NCBI GenBank assembly: GCA_965208835.1 | Contig: OZ242358.1 | Span: 2,688,001-2,752,000 of the forward strand | Source of the DNA: Candidatus Latescibacterota bacterium | GTDB taxonomy: Bacteria > Latescibacterota > UBA2968 > GCA-2709665 | Length of the DNA: 64,000 bases | Direction: 5' to 3' | Shown: positions 10,080-17,620 of the stretch, piece after piece | How the letters are laid out: every line of letters begins with the position of its first letter | Numbering within the stretch: the stretch's first letter is position 1 | Notes under the pieces: model-generated | The model's input: only the letters and a program-made list of their open reading frames with translations | Told to the model about the DNA's origin: nothing | The model's database searches: none | Made by a program: the position numbers and the translations under genes

Positions 10080-10712
10080 ATGTCCGACACCATACCGGAG
10101 GTCCTGATTACCGCCGAAAGAATCGAGGAGAGGGTCCGTCACCTGGGCGCCACGATATCGTCGGATTTCCGCTCGGACGGCGCCGCCTCCCCGGATCGCA
10201 CTGAAGATCAGTCGATGGGCGGTACAGAGCGGCCACTCATCCTTCTGGGCATTCTGAAAGGCGCCCTCTTCTTCCTCGCGGACCTGTCCCGGGAAATCTC
10301 CGTCGCGGCCGAGATCGAATATATGTCCGTTGCGAGCTATGGAAAAACGACGAAGAGTTCCGGCGTTGTACGGATCCTGAAGGATCTGGATCGGGATATC
10401 GCCGGCGCCGACGTGCTCCTTGTAGAGGACATTGTCGACACGGGCCTCACACTGGAGTATCTTCTGCGTATTCTGGCGACCAGAAGCCCGCGAACCTTAA
10501 AGGTATGCAGCCTTCTCAACAAGCCCGCCCGTCGAGTCGTGGAAGTGCAGGTCGACTACGTCGGCTTCACCATCCCGGATGAATTCGTCGTCGGATACGG
10601 CCTGGACTACGATCAGCGCTACCGGAATCTCCCGTACATCGCGTCATTGAGGAATCTTGAGACGTCGGGACAACAAGATCGCACGACACCGCCGAAAAGA
10701 ACCGGACCTTAG
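10080..10712 (+). CDS. hpt: Hypoxanthine phosphoribosyltransferase
   Basis: GILKGA, LVEDIVDTGLTL PRPP motif and FVVGYGLDYDQRYRNLPYI. Confidence 0.95.
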   Translation: MSDTIPEVLITAERIEERVRHLGATISSDFRSDGAASPDRTEDQSMGGTERPLILLGILKGALFFLADLSREISVAAEIEYMSVASYGKTTKSSGVVRILKDLDRDIAGADVLLVEDIVDTGLTLEYLLRILATRSPRTLKVCSLLNKPARRVVEVQVDYVGFTIPDEFVVGYGLDYDQRYRNLPYIASLRNLETSGQQDRTTPPKRTGP

Positions 10713-10738
10713 GAAGCTCTCGGAGTAGCCTCGCTCGC

Positions 10739-10848
10739 TGAAACGCGGTCATTGAGCTTGTCGAAATGCCCGCGTTTCACGATCCGCAAGGGGCCAATCT
10801 ACATCCCTTCGCCGACCCTTCGACAAGCTCAGGGAGCGGCTTAGGGAT
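10739..10848. repeat. Inverted pair of REP-like palindromic units between convergent genes
   Basis: TGAGCTTGTCGAA (10753-10765) and its exact reverse complement TTCGACAAGCTCA (10819-10831), each inside its own hairpin (TGAAACGCGG/CCGCGTTTCA and ATCCCT/AGGGAT). Confidence 0.7.
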
Positions 10849-10916
10849 TACACCCTGGTTCCTCAGCCCGTGGAAGGGTTGCCGGACAAGCGACTCGTCG
10901 GTTGGAATCAGGCTAT

Positions 10917-11678
10917 CTACGTCCGGGACAAAACACTGATCCCGCGATTCCGGTCTGGATCCGCAAGCAGGCGATTCACCGTCTCGAACAATCCTTCAAC
11001 CATCGGTTCCGTGAGCCTTCCCGTATTTATATTGTAACGGCTGAAGTGGTAACTGGCAACCAGAATCCTGGAATCGCGGTCGAACCGATACGTCCTTCCG
11101 TGCACGAACCGGTAGCGCCCCGGCCTCTCGACAATTCCGTCTTCCTTCAGAACACGCAGATAGGCCTCAAACGCGTCTTTCCCCATAGAGAGCACGACGC
11201 GAATCCGCCTCAATCGCTGCGTTTCCATTCGCAGCCAGCTCCGGCAGGCGCGTTTCTCGCTTCCGTTCGGCCTGTTCTCGGGCGGGACACACTTTACGGC
11301 ATTCGTAATGTAGACGCCTTTGAGTCTAAGACCGTCGTTCGCGTGGCTGGATTCCGATCGATCGCTGAATCCGTGCCGGAATAGCGCGCCGTAGAGTACC
11401 CGACCGGCATAGTCGCCCGTAAATGGCCTGCCGGTGCGGTTCGCCCCGTGGGCGCCCGGCGCGAGACCGATTACAAGCAGCCTGCCCGATGCATCGCCGA
11501 AACCAGGCACCGGTTTTGCCCAGTAGTCGTCAAATTCCTCATGCCGTTTTTCTCGCGATTCGAACGTCTTCCGGAAGTCGACCAGCCGTTCGCAGTTGCC
11601 GCACGCTGCGATCTGTTCAAACAGCAGCCGTTCCCCGCCCGCCTGGAGACGGGCGCCGCGCCTCGATCTGGAGCCCAT
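10917..11678 (-). CDS. Uracil-DNA glycosylase family 5 (UdgB-like, 4Fe-4S)
   Basis: CGNC, PVPGFGD, GLAPGAHGANRTGRPFTGD, KCVPPENRP and SYHFS motifs. Confidence 0.92.
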   Translation of the reverse strand: MGSRSRRGARLQAGGERLLFEQIAACGNCERLVDFRKTFESREKRHEEFDDYWAKPVPGFGDASGRLLVIGLAPGAHGANRTGRPFTGDYAGRVLYGALFRHGFSDRSESSHANDGLRLKGVYITNAVKCVPPENRPNGSEKRACRSWLRMETQRLRRIRVVLSMGKDAFEAYLRVLKEDGIVERPGRYRFVHGRTYRFDRDSRILVASYHFSRYNINTGRLTEPMVEGLFETVNRLLADPDRNRGISVLSRT

Positions 11679-11865
11679 GGCTTCGCCTTCGGTTCGTTGA
11701 GTACGCAGGCCTGTCGACTCGCCCCGTCACGGCCGCAACCGAGTCCGGTTTCATTCGTCGCGAAGGGGTTGCGAACCCCGGTACACCGTGCGCCGGTTAT
11801 CGATGCCCGGGCAGGGATTGTCCTGCGGATGCCACACGCAGTAGAACTGTTGGCGAGGGCCATGC

Positions 11866-11898
11866 AAAAGAGGCGGTCCCGATGGGGCCGCCTCTTTT
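11866..11898. terminator. Bidirectional-type intrinsic terminator downstream of the glutaredoxin gene
   Basis: AAAAGAGGCGGTCCC GAT GGGGCCGCCTCTTTT. Confidence 0.8.
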
Positions 11899-11922
11899 AT
11901 GGATCAATCTGGACCCTGTACG

Positions 11923-12285
11923 TCAATTTCCCGTCCTGTTATTGAAGAAAACCACCTCTTGAGACCTCGCCATGGCCTCGTGTTCCTCGTCCGTACAGGC
12001 ACTGTCCGTGGGAACACCGGGTTCGGGGCCCGCCGGCCGATATCCGTTATTGACCAGATAGGCTTCCAGTTCCTCCCCGCTGATATCGGCAAGAATCTGC
12101 CCGTCGAAGTCCAGCGTGGGCTGCAGAGGCTGGCCACTCTTGCGAACCATTTCCTCGTAGTTTTCAGGTACGTTGATAATGTCCTTGTCTTGGTATTCGA
12201 GCCCGTATTTGGCCAGCACCGCCCGTATGCCCCGGCTCCATCCGCATTGGGGCTTAAGGTAAGCGGTAATCGCGGGGTTACCCAT
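11923..12285 (-). CDS. Glutaredoxin family protein (CGWS monothiol motif)
   Basis: YLKPQCGWS and KSGQ..QPT..FDG motifs; AAGGAG Shine-Dalgarno upstream of the ATG at 12285. Confidence 0.85.
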   Translation of the reverse strand: MGNPAITAYLKPQCGWSRGIRAVLAKYGLEYQDKDIINVPENYEEMVRKSGQPLQPTLDFDGQILADISGEELEAYLVNNGYRPAGPEPGVPTDSACTDEEHEAMARSQEVVFFNNRTGN

Positions 12286-12529
12286 TTGAATTTCTCCTTT
12301 TCCGTGATTTATCGACCGGAGAACAACATTTCGAGTGCCCAATTAACATAACGAACTTTCCCTGAATTCGCAAGTCCAATCGCCATCCGGTGCGGCGGTC
12401 CGGAATGGTGAGGGTTCCCGGTTTCGCGGGATTGCGTTCGGGCCTGCCCGCTGGGCAATCGTGTCCAGGTCCTGCAATCCGGACCCGAACAGCCAGCACA
12501 GGGCATTGGACCGGAAGCCGAGCTGCAGG

Positions 12530-12832
12530 TTATTCAGCGGCATTCACCGCGCCGGCAAAATCGAGGTCTGCCCGGGTGACGGCGTTTTCGCTGTGAGTGG
12601 TCACCGTGACCGTGAGGGTCTTGCTCCTGCTGTCCAGATTGAGGTCCGAGTGATGGTTGTTATGGTCCATGACCTGGGTAATCGTGCGCACGAATGCCAT
12701 CGTCGGGACAAACTTCTGGAACTTCCATACCCTCTGTAGCGCCCTGTTTTCCCGATCGTATTCCCAGCCTTCCAGATCCTTCAGCGCTTCCCGGATTTCA
12801 TCCTCGGTCACCAGAGTCTTGTCCTCGTGCAT
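12530..12832 (-). CDS. Pterin-4-alpha-carbinolamine dehydratase family
   Basis: LEGW, NHHSD and TTHSENAVTRADLDFA motifs; GGAGG upstream of the ATG at 12832. Confidence 0.88.
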   Translation of the reverse strand: MHEDKTLVTEDEIREALKDLEGWEYDRENRALQRVWKFQKFVPTMAFVRTITQVMDHNNHHSDLNLDSRSKTLTVTVTTHSENAVTRADLDFAGAVNAAE

Positions 12833-12977
12833 AGCGCCCTCCCTGAAATGATGACGATACTGTAATTTGCTGTGCCAGCCCGCGCTCGCGTCGCCGTCCG
12901 GCCCGGCCGAGCGTCGACCGGCCAGCCGGCTGATGCGCGGGCAACCGGATTCAATATACCAAGATTCCCCGGGCCGA

Positions 12978-13589
12978 TCAATCCCCGCAGAGGATGCCGG
13001 CGGTTGAGAGCGCGTCGCTGTATTCCTCGGGCGTGTTGATATTTCGCAGCGACTCAAGTTCAGGATCGACGTTCCGTAAAGCGGAACCGGCCACCCTGCG
13101 GCAGCAGCAACGCTCCGTCAACGTCGTGAGTCTTAATGTGCCGGCATCCAGCATATCATGAATCAGAGGCAATACCGACACGCGATAGACGGCCGCAAGC
13201 GGATGCAGACGGCCGTTGGCGTGCGGCACGGTGATATCCGCGTCACTTGCCATTTGCACCAGGCGACGTATGAATCCCGGACGCAAAAAGGGTGCGTCGC
13301 AACCGCAGACGAATGCCGCGTCAGCATGCGGGGAGATCGCTTCGAGTCCCGACGCCAGTCCTTCCAGCGGTCCCCTGTCGGACACCCGATCGTGAACAAC
13401 GCCAACGTCCTCCGGAAGGCGCGGCAGTCGTTGCCCCGGCGCAGAAACCGCAAACACGGGCCTTAGCGTGGCCGGGAGCATCCGGACCACACGCTCCAGC
13501 AGGTACTCGTCGCCGAAACGCAACCAGGCCTTGGGACTGCCCATTCTTCGGCTTCGTCCGCCGCACATCACGAGGGCGCCGACTCTCAT
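12978..13589 (-). CDS. mobA: Molybdenum cofactor guanylyltransferase
   Basis: CGGRSRRMGSPKA, GPLEGL, CDAPF, HPLAAVY and NINTPEE motifs. The ATG lies 1 nt after the archease stop. Confidence 0.9.
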   Translation of the reverse strand: MRVGALVMCGGRSRRMGSPKAWLRFGDEYLLERVVRMLPATLRPVFAVSAPGQRLPRLPEDVGVVHDRVSDRGPLEGLASGLEAISPHADAAFVCGCDAPFLRPGFIRRLVQMASDADITVPHANGRLHPLAAVYRVSVLPLIHDMLDAGTLRLTTLTERCCCRRVAGSALRNVDPELESLRNINTPEEYSDALSTAGILCGD

Positions 13590-13590
13590 T

Positions 13591-14022
13591 TCAGATATCC
13601 AGAACGACAAACGCGCGCCAACGTCCGTCGACGCGTTCCACGACAAACCTGTGGAGTGTGACCGCCTTCACGTCGACGACCAGATCGTGGCGTTCCATAT
13701 CCAGCTCCTCTCCAACAAGGTCTGCCGACACCGTGCAGATGCCCTCACGCGCTTTCGCGACGACGTTCGCGGGCCGCAGAAGAAGCCGATTCGCATCCTT
13801 GAAGAAGATTACTTCCTGCAGAAAGTCGAACAGCAGCAGGTCGGGTTCTTCGGCCTCGAGATTCACAGTCCGTCGTTCCCTGATCGCCACGGAATCCAGG
13901 TCTGATACCATGACGTTCAGCGTCGCTTCCGCGGCCGCGGTCAGAACCCCGGCGAGATCTTCGCCCCAGGCCTCGAACGCGACGTCCGCGATTGCTATAT
14001 CTTCGATAAATCGATATGACAC
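13591..14022 (-). CDS. Archease (RtcB activator)
   Basis: IADVAFEAWG, DVKAVTLH and C-terminal VLDI. GTG at 14022 has AAGGA upstream; an alternative ATG lies at 14064. Confidence 0.93.
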   Translation of the reverse strand: MSYRFIEDIAIADVAFEAWGEDLAGVLTAAAEATLNVMVSDLDSVAIRERRTVNLEAEEPDLLLFDFLQEVIFFKDANRLLLRPANVVAKAREGICTVSADLVGEELDMERHDLVVDVKAVTLHRFVVERVDGRWRAFVVLDI

Positions 14023-14051
14023 CGCAACATTCCTTCCCGGGAAAGACGGTT

Positions 14052-14939
14052 CTACACCAGACATGCTTCGAGTTCGGACAGGACGCGCACCCGTGCTTCC
14101 GCCGCCCCCCTGCCAATGAAGACGAGTTCCGTACGGTCCGCCTCAAAGGGTTCCAGCGCCCATCTGCCCCCCGCGAAATTGAAGAGAAACGCGGCTTCGA
14201 CACACCGCAGGAATCCCTTCGAGCGATAAACCGCTTTCGGCATATTCTCCGCCAGGCGTTCGAATTTTTCGCGGTCCACGGGCCTGTCGGAAACGAAATC
14301 GAAGCTGTCTACTTCCGCAAGGTCGCTGTGGCTCGACGGCGCGCGCAATGGTCTCTGCCCCGTGTTAACGGCGCCGAAGACAAGCCCGGTGTCGAGCGCG
14401 CATCTCAGGGTGCGCACGACCGACGCGTCGGGATTCACCCGCCTCAGTTGCGCTTCGACCGCGTCGAGCTGGCAGGGCGAGACGAGGTCCACTTTGTTCA
14501 GCAGCAGCAAATCCGCGGCTTCAAACTGCGTGGTCGTCACGTATCCCAGATCGGGAAACCGCACCATCAGGTCGGCGTCCGCGACCACCACCACGCTGTC
14601 CAGACGGATGCCCTGAAGATTGTCCTCCACGTCGAAAATGACCGCGTCCGGTTCCGCAACGCCGGTGGTTTCAACGACAATGAGTTCGGGGCGCACCGTC
14701 GCGACGATCTCCTTGACCGCTTCCTCGAATTCCCCGGCCAGCGAACAACAGACGCACCCTCCGGCCAGTTCGGTCATTCGGATATGTTCGCCCTCCACGA
14801 CCTTGCTGTCGATGGCGATCTCTCCGAATTCATTCATCAGAATCGCGATCCGCCGGTCGGCACGCGTTACGAGGTGGCGCAGCAGCGTTGTCTTGCCGCT
14901 GCCAAGCGAACCCGCGATCAGTATCATGGAGATCTTCAT
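14052..14939 (-). CDS. COG0523/CobW-family P-loop GTPase (metallochaperone-like)
   Basis: GSLGSGKTTLL, NEFGE, GCVCC, ETTG and NKVD motifs, plus CobW_C RSKGF and ELVFIG; no His-rich insert. Confidence 0.93.
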   Translation of the reverse strand: MKISMILIAGSLGSGKTTLLRHLVTRADRRIAILMNEFGEIAIDSKVVEGEHIRMTELAGGCVCCSLAGEFEEAVKEIVATVRPELIVVETTGVAEPDAVIFDVEDNLQGIRLDSVVVVADADLMVRFPDLGYVTTTQFEAADLLLLNKVDLVSPCQLDAVEAQLRRVNPDASVVRTLRCALDTGLVFGAVNTGQRPLRAPSSHSDLAEVDSFDFVSDRPVDREKFERLAENMPKAVYRSKGFLRCVEAAFLFNFAGGRWALEPFEADRTELVFIGRGAAEARVRVLSELEACLV

Positions 14940-14953
14940 TCAAACGTATTCCT

Positions 14954-15037
14954 TCGAACGGCCGTCCTTTGTCTGCTCAGGTTCAGGCGCACGATCGCGG
15001 CCGGCCTCGCCTGCGAGCGACTCTATCAACGGACTGC
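14954..15037 (-). repeat. Partial copy (left arm plus variable core) of the intergenic inverted-repeat element
   Basis: Minus strand reads GCAGTCCGTTGATAGAGTCGCTCGCAGGCGAGG-[46 nt]-TTCGA, matching the copies at 17486 and 58181. Confidence 0.8.
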
Positions 15038-15042
15038 GAGGG

Positions 15043-16500
15043 TTACCCCTTCACGTTTCCGATGGGTGAGAATCGGACGACTCGCCGGCTGAGCCCCGCC
15101 CGCTGGGTCGCCTCGATGACTTCGTCGATATCCTTGTACGCGCCGCCCGCCTCTTCGGCAAGGCCCGCAAAGGACACGGACCGGACGTAGATGCCGCGGG
15201 CCTCCAGTTCCTTCTGAAGCCGCTTGCCGTGAAAACGCTTGCGAGCCTTCGTGCGACTCATCGTCCGTCCGCTGCCGTGAGCCGTGGAGAAGAATGCCTG
15301 GCTGCCGTCGGACGACCCCGCGAGCAGATAGGAACCGGTTTCCATACTGCCCCCGATGATCACCGGCTGTCCGTGAGCTTTGAAACGGTCGGGGACGCCG
15401 TCCATATCCGGCCCGAACGCGCGGGTTGCCCCCTTGCGGTGAACGAGCACCGTGCGACGCCGGCCATCGACCACGTGGCGCTCGAGCTTGGCTGTATTGT
15501 GCGCCACGTCGTACACCTGACGCATCTCCATATCTTCCGGGCTGCGTTTCAATACGTCGGAGAACACCTCGCGAATGCGATGAAGAATGACCTGCCGGTT
15601 AGCGAAGGACATGTTGATCGCGCACTTCATCGCGGCGAAATAGTCCTGGCCTTCCGGAGATTGGAACGGCGCGCACGCGAGTTCGCGATCGCGAATGGAA
15701 ATTCCGTATTTTTTTTGCATCACCTTGAGAAAAATCTGCAGATAGTCGGTTGCCACCTGGTGCCCGAAACCCCGGCTGCCGCAGTGAAACATCACGACGA
15801 CCTGATCGGGAAGCGTAACGCCGAACGCACGGGCCGCCTCCTCGTCGAACACCTGGTCGTGTCTGGCCACCTGGATTTCGAGATAGTGGTTTCCCGATCC
15901 GAGCGTGCCGATCTGGTTGAAGCCCCGCTCCACCGCCTTGCGGCTGATCTTCGTCGCGTCCGCTCCGGGAATACAACCACTTTCTTCGGTCCGCTCGAGA
16001 TCCTCTCGCCATCCGAAGTTATTTTCAACGCACCACCGCGCTCCCTCCTGCACGACCGTCCGAAACTCGTCGTGCGAGATCTTCAGAAATCCCGTACTTC
16101 CAACGCCCGCCGGCACGCGGTCGAACAGGCGATCCACGAGCTTCCTGAGGTGGGGCCTGACCTCGTCGTACGTCAGATTCGTGGTTACCAGACGCATCCC
16201 GCAGTTGACGTCGAAACCGATGCCTCCCGGAGAGATCACGCCCCGCTCGGCATCCATCGCAGCCACCCCGCCAATGGGAAAACCGTATCCCCAGTGACCG
16301 TCAGGCATACAGAAGGCGTAGTTCAGGATGCCCGGCAACGTGGCCACGTTCGTCACCTGGTCGATAACGCCCCGGTCCATATCCGACATCAGTTTTCGCG
16401 TCGCGTAAATTCGCGCCGGGACCAGCATCCCCTTCTTATATGAAGTCGGGATCTCCCACAGGGTCGGCGAAACCCGGGTAGCCTCGGGCGGGATGGGCAC
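15043..16500 (-). CDS. rtcB: RNA-splicing ligase RtcB (archaeal/eukaryote-like clade)
   Basis: MPDGHWGYGFPIGGV, GFDVNCG, GTLGSGNHYLE, HCGSRG, YDVAHN, HRKGATR, HGSGR and EEAGGAYK motifs. Confidence 0.97.
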   Translation of the reverse strand: MPIPPEATRVSPTLWEIPTSYKKGMLVPARIYATRKLMSDMDRGVIDQVTNVATLPGILNYAFCMPDGHWGYGFPIGGVAAMDAERGVISPGGIGFDVNCGMRLVTTNLTYDEVRPHLRKLVDRLFDRVPAGVGSTGFLKISHDEFRTVVQEGARWCVENNFGWREDLERTEESGCIPGADATKISRKAVERGFNQIGTLGSGNHYLEIQVARHDQVFDEEAARAFGVTLPDQVVVMFHCGSRGFGHQVATDYLQIFLKVMQKKYGISIRDRELACAPFQSPEGQDYFAAMKCAINMSFANRQVILHRIREVFSDVLKRSPEDMEMRQVYDVAHNTAKLERHVVDGRRRTVLVHRKGATRAFGPDMDGVPDRFKAHGQPVIIGGSMETGSYLLAGSSDGSQAFFSTAHGSGRTMSRTKARKRFHGKRLQKELEARGIYVRSVSFAGLAEEAGGAYKDIDEVIEATQRAGLSRRVVRFSPIGNVKG

Positions 16501-16509
16501 TTCAAACTC

Positions 16510-17460
16510 CTACGAATCGTGTTCGCAATCTGCGTAGTGGTTCTGTAACGGATCCAGACCGAAGTCGTTCTCCAGATCGCGCAGTACGGAGTGAATGTGG
16601 TTCGCGTCGTTCTGTGTATTGTCGTATTCCACGAGATGCGTGGGGCCGTGAATCCGGTAATAATGCTTCTCCCCGGGACGGACCCCGCCGGCCCACGCAA
16701 AGTGCAATCGGTCCACACCGGCAGTGCGGATTCGCGTCAGGTGCGCTTCGCCGAGGTCCGTACGCAGGTTCGCCGCGTACAGTTTCAGAATCCGCATCAC
16801 CGTCTCCTTCTGCGCCGGCGGCATGTCAGATACGGGAAGGCCCGCCGGATCGCCAATCCGGGCCACCTTGCTGTTCCTTGTGAGGATATCGCTTGGCGCC
16901 TCATCCGCGATGCGGACCGCGGCCTGCAGGTCCTCCGGCAGCGCTCTCAGAAGGCCACGCGCCGTGTCCTCTTCATCGCGCAGGACGCGCCAGCCCTTCC
17001 TTTCTCCTGACGGCACCCGCGCCGGGTTCGCACCCCAGAAGGCCGGCGTGGCCGACACCTTCTTTTCCGCGCCGACCGAGACCGTCACAGACAGATGGTG
17101 GCCGTCGATCCGCCAGCCCCAGGGCTCTGTCCCCGATGCGAGATCGCCGAACAGCGTCAGGAAATATCCGTCCGGGTCCCTTTCAAAACGCGATACCGAC
17201 CGGGACTCGATCTGGCCGAGAATGCCCTCCAGGACCATGATATCCACCGCCTTCTGATATCCGGAATCGCTGAGCGCGCTTCTCAGGAGACGATGCGCCG
17301 CTTCCCGCTGCTCCGGCGACATCCCCCTGAAAGGCACGCCGTTTCGCTTTACGGGTACGTAGTTCCAGTTGAAACGCTCCTCGTGGTCGAACGCGTACAG
17401 AACCCGGTTTCGCTGGTCCGTACTCAGTTCGTTCACGAAATCCTGTGCTGCTCGAAGCAT
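16510..17460 (-). CDS. DUF3500 domain protein
   Basis: WNYVP, LSDSGY, PWGWRIDGHHLS, TPAFWGANP and YYRIHGPT..VEYDNTQNDANHIHSV motifs; GGAGG upstream of the ATG at 17460. Confidence 0.9.
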   Translation of the reverse strand: MLRAAQDFVNELSTDQRNRVLYAFDHEERFNWNYVPVKRNGVPFRGMSPEQREAAHRLLRSALSDSGYQKAVDIMVLEGILGQIESRSVSRFERDPDGYFLTLFGDLASGTEPWGWRIDGHHLSVTVSVGAEKKVSATPAFWGANPARVPSGERKGWRVLRDEEDTARGLLRALPEDLQAAVRIADEAPSDILTRNSKVARIGDPAGLPVSDMPPAQKETVMRILKLYAANLRTDLGEAHLTRIRTAGVDRLHFAWAGGVRPGEKHYYRIHGPTHLVEYDNTQNDANHIHSVLRDLENDFGLDPLQNHYADCEHDS

Positions 17461-17485
17461 GGCATGCCTCCCCGTCAGGGTGGTG

Positions 17486-17590
17486 TAGCAGTCCGTTGAT
17501 AAAGTCGCTCTGCAGGCGAGGGCGCGCAACGCAGTATTTCGACCGCAAGGGCCGGCCGTAGCCCGGATGGACTTTTCCAACGGGCTGGTA
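17486..17590. repeat. Full copy of a MITE-like inverted-repeat element
   Basis: Left end TAGCAGTCCGTTGATAAAGTC, right end GACTTTTCCAACGGGCTGGTA (imperfect terminal inverted repeats); arms near-identical to 58181-58300. Confidence 0.88.
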
Positions 17591-17620
17591 GGGTATGTGT
17601 GCTCTCCGCGGCTGGACAGG

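Noticed and set aside
10170-10235. About 20 extra residues inserted in Hpt
   Set aside because: Low-complexity surface loop with no repeat or intein features.
12325-12350. TTGGGCACTC upstream of the glutaredoxin gene, resembling a CIRCE half-site
   Set aside because: No matching second half-site at 9-nt spacing.
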